Positions 18,738 through 26,908 of a DNA stretch of 37,891 nt are shown one piece after another. The stretch lies in the sequence record SRR22947727_319; one strand, given 5' to 3'. The stretch's first letter is position 1; every line of letters begins with the position of its first letter. The translations under genes were made by a program, and so were the position numbers. Below the pieces are notes generated by a model, which was not told the DNA's origin, made no database searches, and was given only the letters and a program-made list of their open reading frames with translations.

Positions 18738-19457
18738 ATGCATTTACTTGTTTTACAACATGCTCGGGCAGAACATCCCGGTATTTTCCGCCAATTTTTG
18801 CAAGAAGATGGTCACAGTTGGGATGCGGTGCATCTTGACGAGGGAGAGGCTTTGCCTGCCCTAGAAGGCTATGATGGGCTTTGGGTTATGGGCGGACCGA
18901 TGGATGTTTGGCAAGAAGAGTCGTATCCTTGGCTCATCGCTGAAAAAGCCTTTATTCAAAAGGCCGTTGAAGAAAAAGGCCTGCCGTTTCTTGGGCTTTG
19001 CCTTGGCCATCAATTGCTGGCGGAAGCACTGGGTGGCAGCGTTGGCAAATCGGAAATTCCGGAAATTGGGGTCTGTGAGGTTCAATTAACGGAAGCCGGT
19101 GCCTCCGGAATTTTATGCGATGGATTGCCCGAGCGCATGCATTGCCTGCAATGGCATGGGGCGGAAATTAAAACGCTGCCGGCAGGGGCAAAAGTTTTGG
19201 CAACATCGCCCGATTGCGCCGTGCAAGCGATGAGCTGGGGCCCTCGAGCTTATTCGCTGCAATTTCATATTGAAATAGAACAGAGCACGGTGCAGGACTG
19301 GGGCAAAATTCCAGAATATGAAGCCAGCTTGACCGCGGCGCTGGGCGCCAATGGCCAAAAGACGCTTGAAGCGGATTGCGCTGCGCAAATGCACGCGTTT
19401 AACGCCATGGCCGAGCGTCTATATCTGAATTGGTTGCAAACTGCGGCCCGCGCGTAA
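18738..19457 (+). CDS. Class I glutamine amidotransferase-like protein (stand-alone); possible gamma-glutamyl-amide hydrolase
   Basis: VMGGPM oxyanion loop, GLCLGHQ nucleophile and QFHIE (His-Glu); RBS AGGAGG. Confidence 0.85.
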   Translation: MHLLVLQHARAEHPGIFRQFLQEDGHSWDAVHLDEGEALPALEGYDGLWVMGGPMDVWQEESYPWLIAEKAFIQKAVEEKGLPFLGLCLGHQLLAEALGGSVGKSEIPEIGVCEVQLTEAGASGILCDGLPERMHCLQWHGAEIKTLPAGAKVLATSPDCAVQAMSWGPRAYSLQFHIEIEQSTVQDWGKIPEYEASLTAALGANGQKTLEADCAAQMHAFNAMAERLYLNWLQTAARA

Positions 19458-19467
19458 CGCCGCGCTC

Positions 19468-20148
19468 CTATGCCGCGGCAGCCCGCGTTAGGGATAGGCG
19501 CGCCGTTTCAAGATGTTCTTTCATATTGCTTGCGGCAGCTTCAGGCTCACGGCTGTAAAGTGCGTTTAAGATGCGCCTGTGTTGCGCGTTATATTGCTGT
19601 ATAATGGCAGTGTTCAACGTCAAACTGCGCATTCTTGTCCAATCGCTTTGACCGCGCACTGATGTGATCTGATCCATGATCCAGATTAAAAGAACGTTGC
19701 CAGTGCATTCGACCAAGGCGCGGTGAAACTCTGTATCGGCTTCTGCGAAGGCGGCGGCGTTGTCAACGCTGGCCTCCATTTTTGTGCATAATTGCCCTAA
19801 ACGATCGAAGTCAGCACGGCGACCATGCAGAACAGCCAAGCGGCAAATATGCGGTTCTAGGGCAAAGCGGGCATCAATCAGCTCAAGCGGATTCGCCGTT
19901 TGGATGACGCTGGGCTGGGGAGGCGGCGCCTCAAATGTTACATAAGTGCCGCTGCCTCTTTTTATATCAACCAGATCCGTGTCCATCAATTTGATCAGGG
20001 CTTCGCGCACGGTGCCGCGCGACACGCCATAAGTTTCTGCCATCTCGCGCTCGGCGGGAAGTTTTTCATGCTGGGCAATAACGCCTTGAATGATTTCCCC
20101 ACGCAATATGCTGGCCAGATCAGCCGCATTCATTTTTTTCTTCTTCAC
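19468..20148 (-). CDS. GntR/FadR-family transcriptional regulator (FCD domain)
   Basis: LPAEREMAETYGVSRGTVREAL...RGSGTYV HTH; FCD motifs ARFALE, DTEFH, GN, QHRRI and MKEHL. Confidence 0.92.
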   Translation of the reverse strand: MKKKKMNAADLASILRGEIIQGVIAQHEKLPAEREMAETYGVSRGTVREALIKLMDTDLVDIKRGSGTYVTFEAPPPQPSVIQTANPLELIDARFALEPHICRLAVLHGRRADFDRLGQLCTKMEASVDNAAAFAEADTEFHRALVECTGNVLLIWIMDQITSVRGQSDWTRMRSLTLNTAIIQQYNAQHRRILNALYSREPEAAASNMKEHLETARLSLTRAAAA

Positions 20149-20166
20149 CTACATTAGATCCTTTTT

Positions 20167-20202
20167 TTGGTCCAATTTTGTACCAATGATGGGGAATGTC
20201 AA
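20167..20202 (-). promoter_or_regulatory. gntR promoter with two tandem GntR/FadR-like operator boxes
   Basis: Perfect TTGACA on the minus strand (20202-20197). TTGGTCCAA (20167-20175, dyad TTGG-N-CCAA) and TTGTACCAA (20178-20186) are 11 bp apart and overlap the expected -10. Confidence 0.55.
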
Positions 20203-20334
20203 GTAAAATTCAGAAAGTGGTGCGAAATAGGTTGACTTTTGGTTTGCTTTTATCAAGCTCGGCTTACGTCTGGGCGGAAAAGCTGCCGCATAACGAAGGC
20301 AAAGCAGTTGGAACACTTTTAGGGAGATGGGTGA

Positions 20335-21678
20335 ATGGCGTTCCCCACACATGTAGACTACCTCATCATTGGCGCGGGCATTCATGGGTTATCCACAGCC
20401 TGGCGCTTGGCGGATCGTTTGATCGCTCAGGGTCAAGATGTTGAGGGCCGCGTTGTTGTTTTGGACAAATCGGGGATTGCGTCCGGAGCGTCGGGAATTG
20501 CCTGCGGCGTGGTACGCAATAATTATTTTCAACCTGCGATGCGGGAACTTATGGCGCATTCCGTGGATGTTTGGGAAAGCGATCCGGCCGGCCTCAGCTA
20601 TCATCCTGTGGGCTATATGCAGATTTCTTGCGAATCGATGCGTGAAGACGTGACCTCGATTTATGAGCAACAGCGAGCAATCGGTTATGAAAGCGAGTTT
20701 ATCGAGGGTGCGGATGCTTGCGATTCTTACATGAAATCCATGTTTAACGATTGGCAGGCGCAAGGCATTACCTCGGTCCTGCATGAGAAGCGGGGGGGGT
20801 ATTCGAACAACACCAAATCGATGTACGGGCTGGCCAAGAAGGTCGAAGAGCGCGGGGTTCGGATTATCTCTGGTGTCGAGGTGAAGGGTCTGACAAGCGA
20901 AAGCGCCAGTTCTAGCATCAAATCTGTTGAGACATCCCATGGCACGCTCTCTTGCGCGCATGTGGTTGTGGCGCCCGGTCCCTGGGCCCGAGATTTCTGG
21001 GATATGCTGGGCATGCCCAAAAAGATCAGCCTAAAAGATTTAACGGGAAAGATGCATCACGACATCGATATGTGGCGATTCTGGCAACTTGAAGAAGGCG
21101 TTTTGCAATTGCCGCCTGAGGTGCTGCAAACCAATGATGGCAAAATACCACCAGTGATACATGTCGATACCGATGCCCCGCTACACTCTTGCGTGGATGG
21201 CAGCGTAATTACCGAAGATCTGTGGGGCATTTATTACAAACCTGATTGGCATTTTGACGGTATTCAAGGGGGCGCCTCGCCCTATAAAGTGGATACGCCG
21301 GTTGAGCGGGTTGCAATTGACCCTTACGGCCCCTCGTCTCCTGAATTTGTGGCCTCTGACGGTTTTGCTCATATGTGGGTCTCGGCCTTGGCGCATTGCC
21401 ATCAGCGCTTTGAAGGCATGATGGGTAAATATCACCGTGAAGCATCCGGTGGCATCGGCTGTTTCACCGCCGATAGCTTTCCGGTTTTTGACCATTTTAA
21501 TGAGAATGCCACGCTGATTGCGGATAGTAACCATGGGTGGAAAATGCTGGGCGTCGGACATTTGATAGCCGATGAAGTGCTTGGCGAAAAGCAGAGCTTG
21601 TTAGAGCCTTTCCGCTTTGACCGTTTCGAAAAAGGAAATCTGCACCCAGTATCAAACAGCCCATATCCTTGGAGTTAG
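20335..21678 (+). CDS. FAD-dependent amine oxidoreductase (DAO/DadA/SoxB-like family), substrate unknown
   Basis: GAGIHG Rossmann motif, GASGIACGVVRNNY (compare SoxB RNTTIIRSNY), VVAPGPW, TADSFP and NHGWKM; RBS AGGGAG. Confidence 0.85.
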   Translation: MAFPTHVDYLIIGAGIHGLSTAWRLADRLIAQGQDVEGRVVVLDKSGIASGASGIACGVVRNNYFQPAMRELMAHSVDVWESDPAGLSYHPVGYMQISCESMREDVTSIYEQQRAIGYESEFIEGADACDSYMKSMFNDWQAQGITSVLHEKRGGYSNNTKSMYGLAKKVEERGVRIISGVEVKGLTSESASSSIKSVETSHGTLSCAHVVVAPGPWARDFWDMLGMPKKISLKDLTGKMHHDIDMWRFWQLEEGVLQLPPEVLQTNDGKIPPVIHVDTDAPLHSCVDGSVITEDLWGIYYKPDWHFDGIQGGASPYKVDTPVERVAIDPYGPSSPEFVASDGFAHMWVSALAHCHQRFEGMMGKYHREASGGIGCFTADSFPVFDHFNENATLIADSNHGWKMLGVGHLIADEVLGEKQSLLEPFRFDRFEKGNLHPVSNSPYPWS

Positions 21679-21743
21679 TGGCTGGTGAAATCAAAAATAT
21701 AAAAAAAGGCAAAAAAATAAAGATATAAAAGGGGAGAATTAAA

Positions 21744-23222
21744 GTGGCCGAAATGGACCTTGAACGTTTTGTGGAAGCGCCTGGGCGCGATGCGAAGATC
21801 AAAGAAGTGCGTAAGATGATCGATTCCCTCGGCATCGAATATCTGTATCTTCAGTTTGTCTCTGTAACCGGAAAAATTATGGGCAAAGGCATTCCCTCGG
21901 ATCATTGGGAAACCGTTGCTAAAAAAGGCTTTCAGCTGGTTTATGGCGCAACCGTCAATTTGTTCACGGATCGCGCGGGAAATTATATGGGATATGGCCC
22001 CGAGGCTGCGGAATTGGTTGGTATTCCTGAGCCTGAGACGTTTATGCAATTGCCTTGGGCACCGGAAATTGGACGGTTTTATTGCACTTTGTTTCGCAAC
22101 CGCGAAGAGAAAGTGGATCCTGGCGCTTATTTGACCGCAGACTCTCGGGGCAATCTGCGCCGCATGCATGAAGAATTTAAGGCCAAGCATGGGCGCCAGC
22201 TGCGCATCGGCACCGAGCCCGAAATGATGTGGCTGAAATTTGACGAGAATGGCAAGCCAAAAGACGGATTTTCAAAACCTTATTGCTATCACATTGATCA
22301 ATTTGAAAGCCTGCGCCCCGTGACCATGAAGGTTATGGAATACACTCGTAAAATGGGTTTGGATATGATTCAGGGCGATCATGAAGATGCGCCTGGTCAG
22401 CTTGAATTAAACTGGATGTTTGATGATGTGCTGCGCAATGCCGACCGTCTGACAACTTACCGTCAGATCTGCGCGCAAGTGGCGCGCGAGCATGGTATTT
22501 TTGCATGCTTCATGACGAAACCGTTCATGGGCGTGTCAGCCTCTGGGTGCCACCATAACATGTCGCTCTGGCGGGGCGGCGAAGATCAGTTTGTCAAATG
22601 CGGAAATGATCCGGATAACCTGCCGGGCATGCGTGATAATTACATGTATGTAAAGGGCGGCAGCAACACGTTTATGCCCGATGATGATGATCCGCAAATG
22701 CCGGGCGCCGAAGGGCTGGTTGCGATTGGCGGCGTGGTGAAAAACCTGCAAGCGTTGACCGCGATTGGTTGTTCGACGGTGAATTCTTACCGCCGCTTGT
22801 GGGATACGGGCTTTTGGGCGCCGGTATTTGCCGATTGGGGCTTCCAAAACCGGACCACGGGCTTGCGCGTCTCGGCGCCGGGCCGGTTCGAATATCGCTC
22901 GGTGGATTCAATGGTCAACCCGTATTTGATGGGCACAACATTACTGGCCGCAATGGATGATGGGATTGATAACAGCATCAGCCCGGGCGAGCCTGAAGAG
23001 CGCAATATTTATGAGGCGATCAAAGAGGGCAAAGAAGTCAAGAAATTGCCAATGTCTTTGGGTGAGGCGCTGAGCTATCTCGAGCAAAGCGAAGTGGTGC
23101 GCCGCGGCATGCCGGGCGAAATGTATCGTTTGTACCATGAATATAAATATGACGAATGGGCCCGCTTCATGTCCACGTCAACCGATTGGGACAATGAGAT
23201 GTATATGGAGTGCTTGCCATAA
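21744..23222 (+). CDS. Glutamine-synthetase-like gamma-glutamyl-amine ligase (second, divergent GmaS-like enzyme)
   Basis: GTEPEM, DHEDAPGQLELN, FMTKP, SGCHHN, NSYRRL, GFWAP, NRTTGLRV and FEYR; GTG start with RBS GGGGAG. Confidence 0.88.
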   Translation: MAEMDLERFVEAPGRDAKIKEVRKMIDSLGIEYLYLQFVSVTGKIMGKGIPSDHWETVAKKGFQLVYGATVNLFTDRAGNYMGYGPEAAELVGIPEPETFMQLPWAPEIGRFYCTLFRNREEKVDPGAYLTADSRGNLRRMHEEFKAKHGRQLRIGTEPEMMWLKFDENGKPKDGFSKPYCYHIDQFESLRPVTMKVMEYTRKMGLDMIQGDHEDAPGQLELNWMFDDVLRNADRLTTYRQICAQVAREHGIFACFMTKPFMGVSASGCHHNMSLWRGGEDQFVKCGNDPDNLPGMRDNYMYVKGGSNTFMPDDDDPQMPGAEGLVAIGGVVKNLQALTAIGCSTVNSYRRLWDTGFWAPVFADWGFQNRTTGLRVSAPGRFEYRSVDSMVNPYLMGTTLLAAMDDGIDNSISPGEPEERNIYEAIKEGKEVKKLPMSLGEALSYLEQSEVVRRGMPGEMYRLYHEYKYDEWARFMSTSTDWDNEMYMECLP

Positions 23223-23298
23223 GGCATTTCCAAAATTGTAATGCGGCGGGCTAACCCCGCCAAACTTCTGACGCAACCCGATGGAGGTGGGATGTAAT

Positions 23299-24234
23299 AT
23301 GTGTGGTATCGCAGGATTAATTCATAAGGGCAAAAGCTCGAATGTGGGGGGGGAGATGACAGCAATGTTGCAGGCCCTCAAGCATCGCGGGCCGGATTCG
23401 ACGGGCTACGCTGTCTATGGCGAGCCAACCGAAGGCGATTATGTGCTTCGTTTGAAAGTGGCGGAAGCCGAAGATATGGCCAAAGGCCGTGGCATTCATC
23501 AGGTTTTGGCGGATCGCATCACGGAGGTGGAAGCGATCATGCAAGGGCATGGCGTGACGGTGAAAACGAAAGAGCACGCAACCGAATATGCTCTGCGCTA
23601 TCTGATTTCCCATGAGGGGGATACCACCGCACTGGCCGAGCATATTGAAGAAACCGATGGCGTTGAAATTTTATCGCTTGGAAATGGCCTAGAGCTGATC
23701 AAAGATTTGGGCGATGCGTCAGATGTGGCCGGGCTTTATGGTCTGAATGAATTTAACGGAACGCATGGCATTGGCCATACGCGGATGGCAACCGAGTCGG
23801 ATGTGGATATTCGCTCCGCGCACCCCTATTGGGCCTTTCCCTATAATGACGTGAGCGTTGTACATAACGGACAAATCACAAATTATTGGATTATGCGCCG
23901 CCAGATGGAGCGCAAAGGCCATCGCTTTATGTCAAATTGTGACAGCGAACTTTTGGCTGTTTACACTGCGAACAATTTAGCAAATGGCGTAACGCTTGAG
24001 CAATCATTGCGCAATTCAATCGAAGAAATTGACGGCGTCTTTACCTATTTGGTCGCTACCAAAGATCAACTGGGCATGGCCAAAGATACGATGGCTGCAA
24101 AGCCATTGGTGCTTTACGAAAGCGATGATTTGATCGCTATGGCATCAGAAGAGGTCGCTATTCGGGCCATTCTTCCCCAAGAAATTGACACTTACGATCC
24201 CTATGATGAGGAGGTACGCGTATGGCAAGCCTAA
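23299..24234 (+). CDS. Class II (Ntn) glutamine amidotransferase, MgsA/GlxB paralogue
   Basis: Start reassigned to ATG 23299 so that Cys is residue 2 (MCGIAG; RBS GGAGG at 23283); RGPDSTG, GIGHTRMATES, HNG and CDSE motifs. Confidence 0.88.
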   Translation: MCGIAGLIHKGKSSNVGGEMTAMLQALKHRGPDSTGYAVYGEPTEGDYVLRLKVAEAEDMAKGRGIHQVLADRITEVEAIMQGHGVTVKTKEHATEYALRYLISHEGDTTALAEHIEETDGVEILSLGNGLELIKDLGDASDVAGLYGLNEFNGTHGIGHTRMATESDVDIRSAHPYWAFPYNDVSVVHNGQITNYWIMRRQMERKGHRFMSNCDSELLAVYTANNLANGVTLEQSLRNSIEEIDGVFTYLVATKDQLGMAKDTMAAKPLVLYESDDLIAMASEEVAIRAILPQEIDTYDPYDEEVRVWQA

Positions 24235-25091
24235 GCGATACTGAACTAAAGCAAATGAGTCAGGAAGAGCGGGTGACCGCGCTTGGAATGCGCACCGAGG
24301 CACTGACGGGAAAATCGCTTTACATTGAGTTTGATCCGGATGCGGAAGAGCGCTTCACATACCCTTGGGCGCCCGAAGTCGATTACAATAAGCGCACCGA
24401 GCTTGATACAGATGAAATGACCACCACCGAGGTGAATTCCAAAATTCGGGCCCTCATGGCCGAAGGCTATGGCACGATTGTGCTGAAAAATCCGCGCGGA
24501 AAGCATTCGCTGGGCGTGGGGATCCTAAGCCGGTTGAATTTAATTATTGAGGGCTCGTTGGGCTATTTTGGTGTTGGGTTGATCGATGGCCCGAATGTGC
24601 GCATCAACGGGCGCGTTGGCTGGTCTTGCGGCGAAAATATGATGGCTGGAACGATTGTCATTGAAAAAAACGCCGGTTCGACCTTTGGCGCTGCGATCCG
24701 CGGCGGGGATCTGGTCTGTCGGGGGTCGGTTGGCTCTCGGACTGGTATTGACCAAAAAGGCGGTACGATACTTGTCGGTGGTGACACGGGGGCGTTATCG
24801 GGCTTTATGATGCAACGCGGTCGGATGGTTGTGTGTGGAAATGCGGGTAAAAACCTTGGCGATTCAATGTATGACGGCACCATTTTTGTGGGCGGTAAGA
24901 TTCAATCGCTTGGAGTGGATGCAATCGAGGCGGAATTGACTGACCTTGATCGCGACTGGCTCACCGCAAAGCTGACCCAATATGGCATGATGCCCGATAA
25001 GGGTGTTGACCATTTTACAAAGATTGTCGCTGGGAAACAGCTTTGGAACTACGACAATCTTGAACCCAATGAGAAGAAAATAATTCTGTAA
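24222..25091 (+). CDS. GXGXG beta-helix protein, MgsB/GlxC paralogue with an N-terminal extension
   Basis: NPRGKHSLGVG, GYFGVG, GENMMAG and GDSMYDG repeats; overlaps the upstream gene by 13 bp. Confidence 0.85.
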   Translation: MASLSDTELKQMSQEERVTALGMRTEALTGKSLYIEFDPDAEERFTYPWAPEVDYNKRTELDTDEMTTTEVNSKIRALMAEGYGTIVLKNPRGKHSLGVGILSRLNLIIEGSLGYFGVGLIDGPNVRINGRVGWSCGENMMAGTIVIEKNAGSTFGAAIRGGDLVCRGSVGSRTGIDQKGGTILVGGDTGALSGFMMQRGRMVVCGNAGKNLGDSMYDGTIFVGGKIQSLGVDAIEAELTDLDRDWLTAKLTQYGMMPDKGVDHFTKIVAGKQLWNYDNLEPNEKKIIL

Positions 25092-25113
25092 GTCTAAGGA
25101 AAGGATAATACCT

Positions 25114-26478
25114 ATGGCTGACGGTGATATGCCAAGAAAGAAAGCGCTGGATCGTGATGTAAACCGCATCGGTGACAGCTTTGTATTCCCACCCCGTGTG
25201 ATGGATGACATCCATATCAAATCCGAGCTTGGACGCTATCGGATGCGCGGCTTCTCGTTGTTCAAGAAAATTCCCCACTGGGATGATCTAACCTTCTTGC
25301 CGGGCACGTTGACGCGGTTCGTGATCGAAGGGTATCGCGAAAAATGTGAAACCAAAACGGTGATTGGTCCCCGCGCAAAGCGTCCGCTTGAGCTGGATAT
25401 TCCAATCTATATCACAGGGATGAGCTTTGGGGCGCTGAGCTATGAGGCGAAAACCGCGCTGGCGCGTGGCGCCACAATGGCGGGTACCGCAACTTGCTCG
25501 GGTGAAGGGGGGATGATCCCGGATGAGCGCCGCTATAGCTCAAAATGGTTTTATCAGTGCATTCAATCGCGCTACGGGTTCAACCCAAACCACTTGGTCT
25601 TGGCGGATGGCTGCGAGTTTTTTATCGGACAGGGCTGTAAAGTGGGCCTTGGTGGGCATTTGATGGGGCAAAAAGTGACCGATCAGGTGGCTGAAATGCG
25701 CTCATTGCCCGCAGGCATTGACCAACGTTCACCCGCGCGCCACCCTGATTGGCTAGGCCCTGATGATCTGGCGCTTAAGATTCAAGAGATCCGCGAAGCC
25801 ACAGATTGGCAAATTCCAATCCAGTTAAAACTGGGTGCGGCGCGGGTTTATGATGATGTTCGTATGGCGGTGAAATGCGATCCAGACTCGATTTACATCG
25901 ATGGGATGGAAGGCGGCACAGGCGCCGGGCCGCATTTGGCTACCGAAGACACAGGGGTGCCCGGAATGGCCGCGATCCGTCAGGCGCGCAAAGCCATCGA
26001 TGATCTTGGCAAACGCGGCGAAATCAGCTTGATTTATGCAGGCGGCATCAGAAACGGTGCCGATGTTGCGAAAGCCATTGCGCTGGGCGCAGATGCGATC
26101 GCCATCGGGCATTCCGCGATGATGGCCTTGAATTGCAACAAGGATATCCCGGAAGCCAATTATCCCGAAGAAATCGGTGCAGAGCCCGGATATTGCTATC
26201 ACTGCCATACCGGGCGCTGCCCTGTTGGCGTGGCGACGCAAGATCCCGCGCTGCGCACCCGTCTTGATCCGGATGAAGCTGCCGAGCGCGTGTATAACTT
26301 TTTGCACACGCTGACGATCGAAGCGCAGCTTTTTGCCCGCGCCTGCGGCAAAACCAATCTGCATAGCCTTGAGCCTGAGGATCTGGCCGCGTTGACGATG
26401 GAAGCCTCTGCCATGGCAGGCGTTCCTTTAGCTGGCACGAACCACACTGTGGGCGTCGAAGATTACCACCATCTCTAA
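25114..26478 (+). CDS. FMN-binding glutamate-synthase-domain protein, MgsC/GlxD paralogue retaining Fe-S cysteines
   Basis: GMSFGALS, SGEGGM, RHPDWLGPDDL, AGGIRNGADVAKA and CYHCHTGRCPVGVATQ. Confidence 0.88.
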   Translation: MADGDMPRKKALDRDVNRIGDSFVFPPRVMDDIHIKSELGRYRMRGFSLFKKIPHWDDLTFLPGTLTRFVIEGYREKCETKTVIGPRAKRPLELDIPIYITGMSFGALSYEAKTALARGATMAGTATCSGEGGMIPDERRYSSKWFYQCIQSRYGFNPNHLVLADGCEFFIGQGCKVGLGGHLMGQKVTDQVAEMRSLPAGIDQRSPARHPDWLGPDDLALKIQEIREATDWQIPIQLKLGAARVYDDVRMAVKCDPDSIYIDGMEGGTGAGPHLATEDTGVPGMAAIRQARKAIDDLGKRGEISLIYAGGIRNGADVAKAIALGADAIAIGHSAMMALNCNKDIPEANYPEEIGAEPGYCYHCHTGRCPVGVATQDPALRTRLDPDEAAERVYNFLHTLTIEAQLFARACGKTNLHSLEPEDLAALTMEASAMAGVPLAGTNHTVGVEDYHHL

Positions 26479-26490
26479 GGAGGAGTTACA

Positions 26491-26904
26491 ATGGCTGGAA
26501 CACAATATCGCGGATCTGAAATCAAAGACGTCAATCAGTTTTTGAATGATGCTGATGGTTTGGAAAGCGAACGCGAAAAAGAAATTGGTCAGCATATTGG
26601 CTATCGGTATGATGTGAACTTGGTGCCCGATAAAAGCCGGATCACGCCCTATTTAGCCAAATATATGGAAATTATGGGCTGGGATGATCTGAACTGGCTG
26701 GAAGATATTCATATGGGCTATGAAGAGGGGGCGCCGGCGGTGTTTGAACGCAACAATAATGGCTGGGTGCGTATCCCCAGCAGTATTGATCTGCCGGATA
26801 ATCAACAGGATCGGGATATGATTGCACGCGAATTGCTCTTGAAATTTCAGATGTCTGATCGCCATCCTTTGGCCAATCTGCGCAAAGCCTATATGAAGTT
26901 TTAA
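26491..26904 (+). CDS. Hypothetical soluble protein (137 aa)
   Basis: Ideal RBS AAGGAGGAG, 12 bp after the mgsC paralogue; operon-like spacing on both sides; no family recognised. Confidence 0.8.
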   Translation: MAGTQYRGSEIKDVNQFLNDADGLESEREKEIGQHIGYRYDVNLVPDKSRITPYLAKYMEIMGWDDLNWLEDIHMGYEEGAPAVFERNNNGWVRIPSSIDLPDNQQDRDMIARELLLKFQMSDRHPLANLRKAYMKF

Positions 26905-26908
26905 GGTC

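Noticed and set aside
21744-26478. Reading the second cluster as an ordinary GS/GOGAT ammonium-assimilation locus
   Set aside because: The ligase lacks the Asp50 and Glu327 motifs. The split GATase/GXGXG/FMN genes share Mgs-type motifs (HTRMATES, RHPDWxGPDDL) with mgsABC, and there is no GltD or central GltB domain.
20335-26478. Recent tandem duplication or pseudogenised copy of gmaS-mgsABC
   Set aside because: All frames are intact with good RBSs, gene order differs and the proteins diverge outside core motifs; no long nucleotide repeat was noticed.
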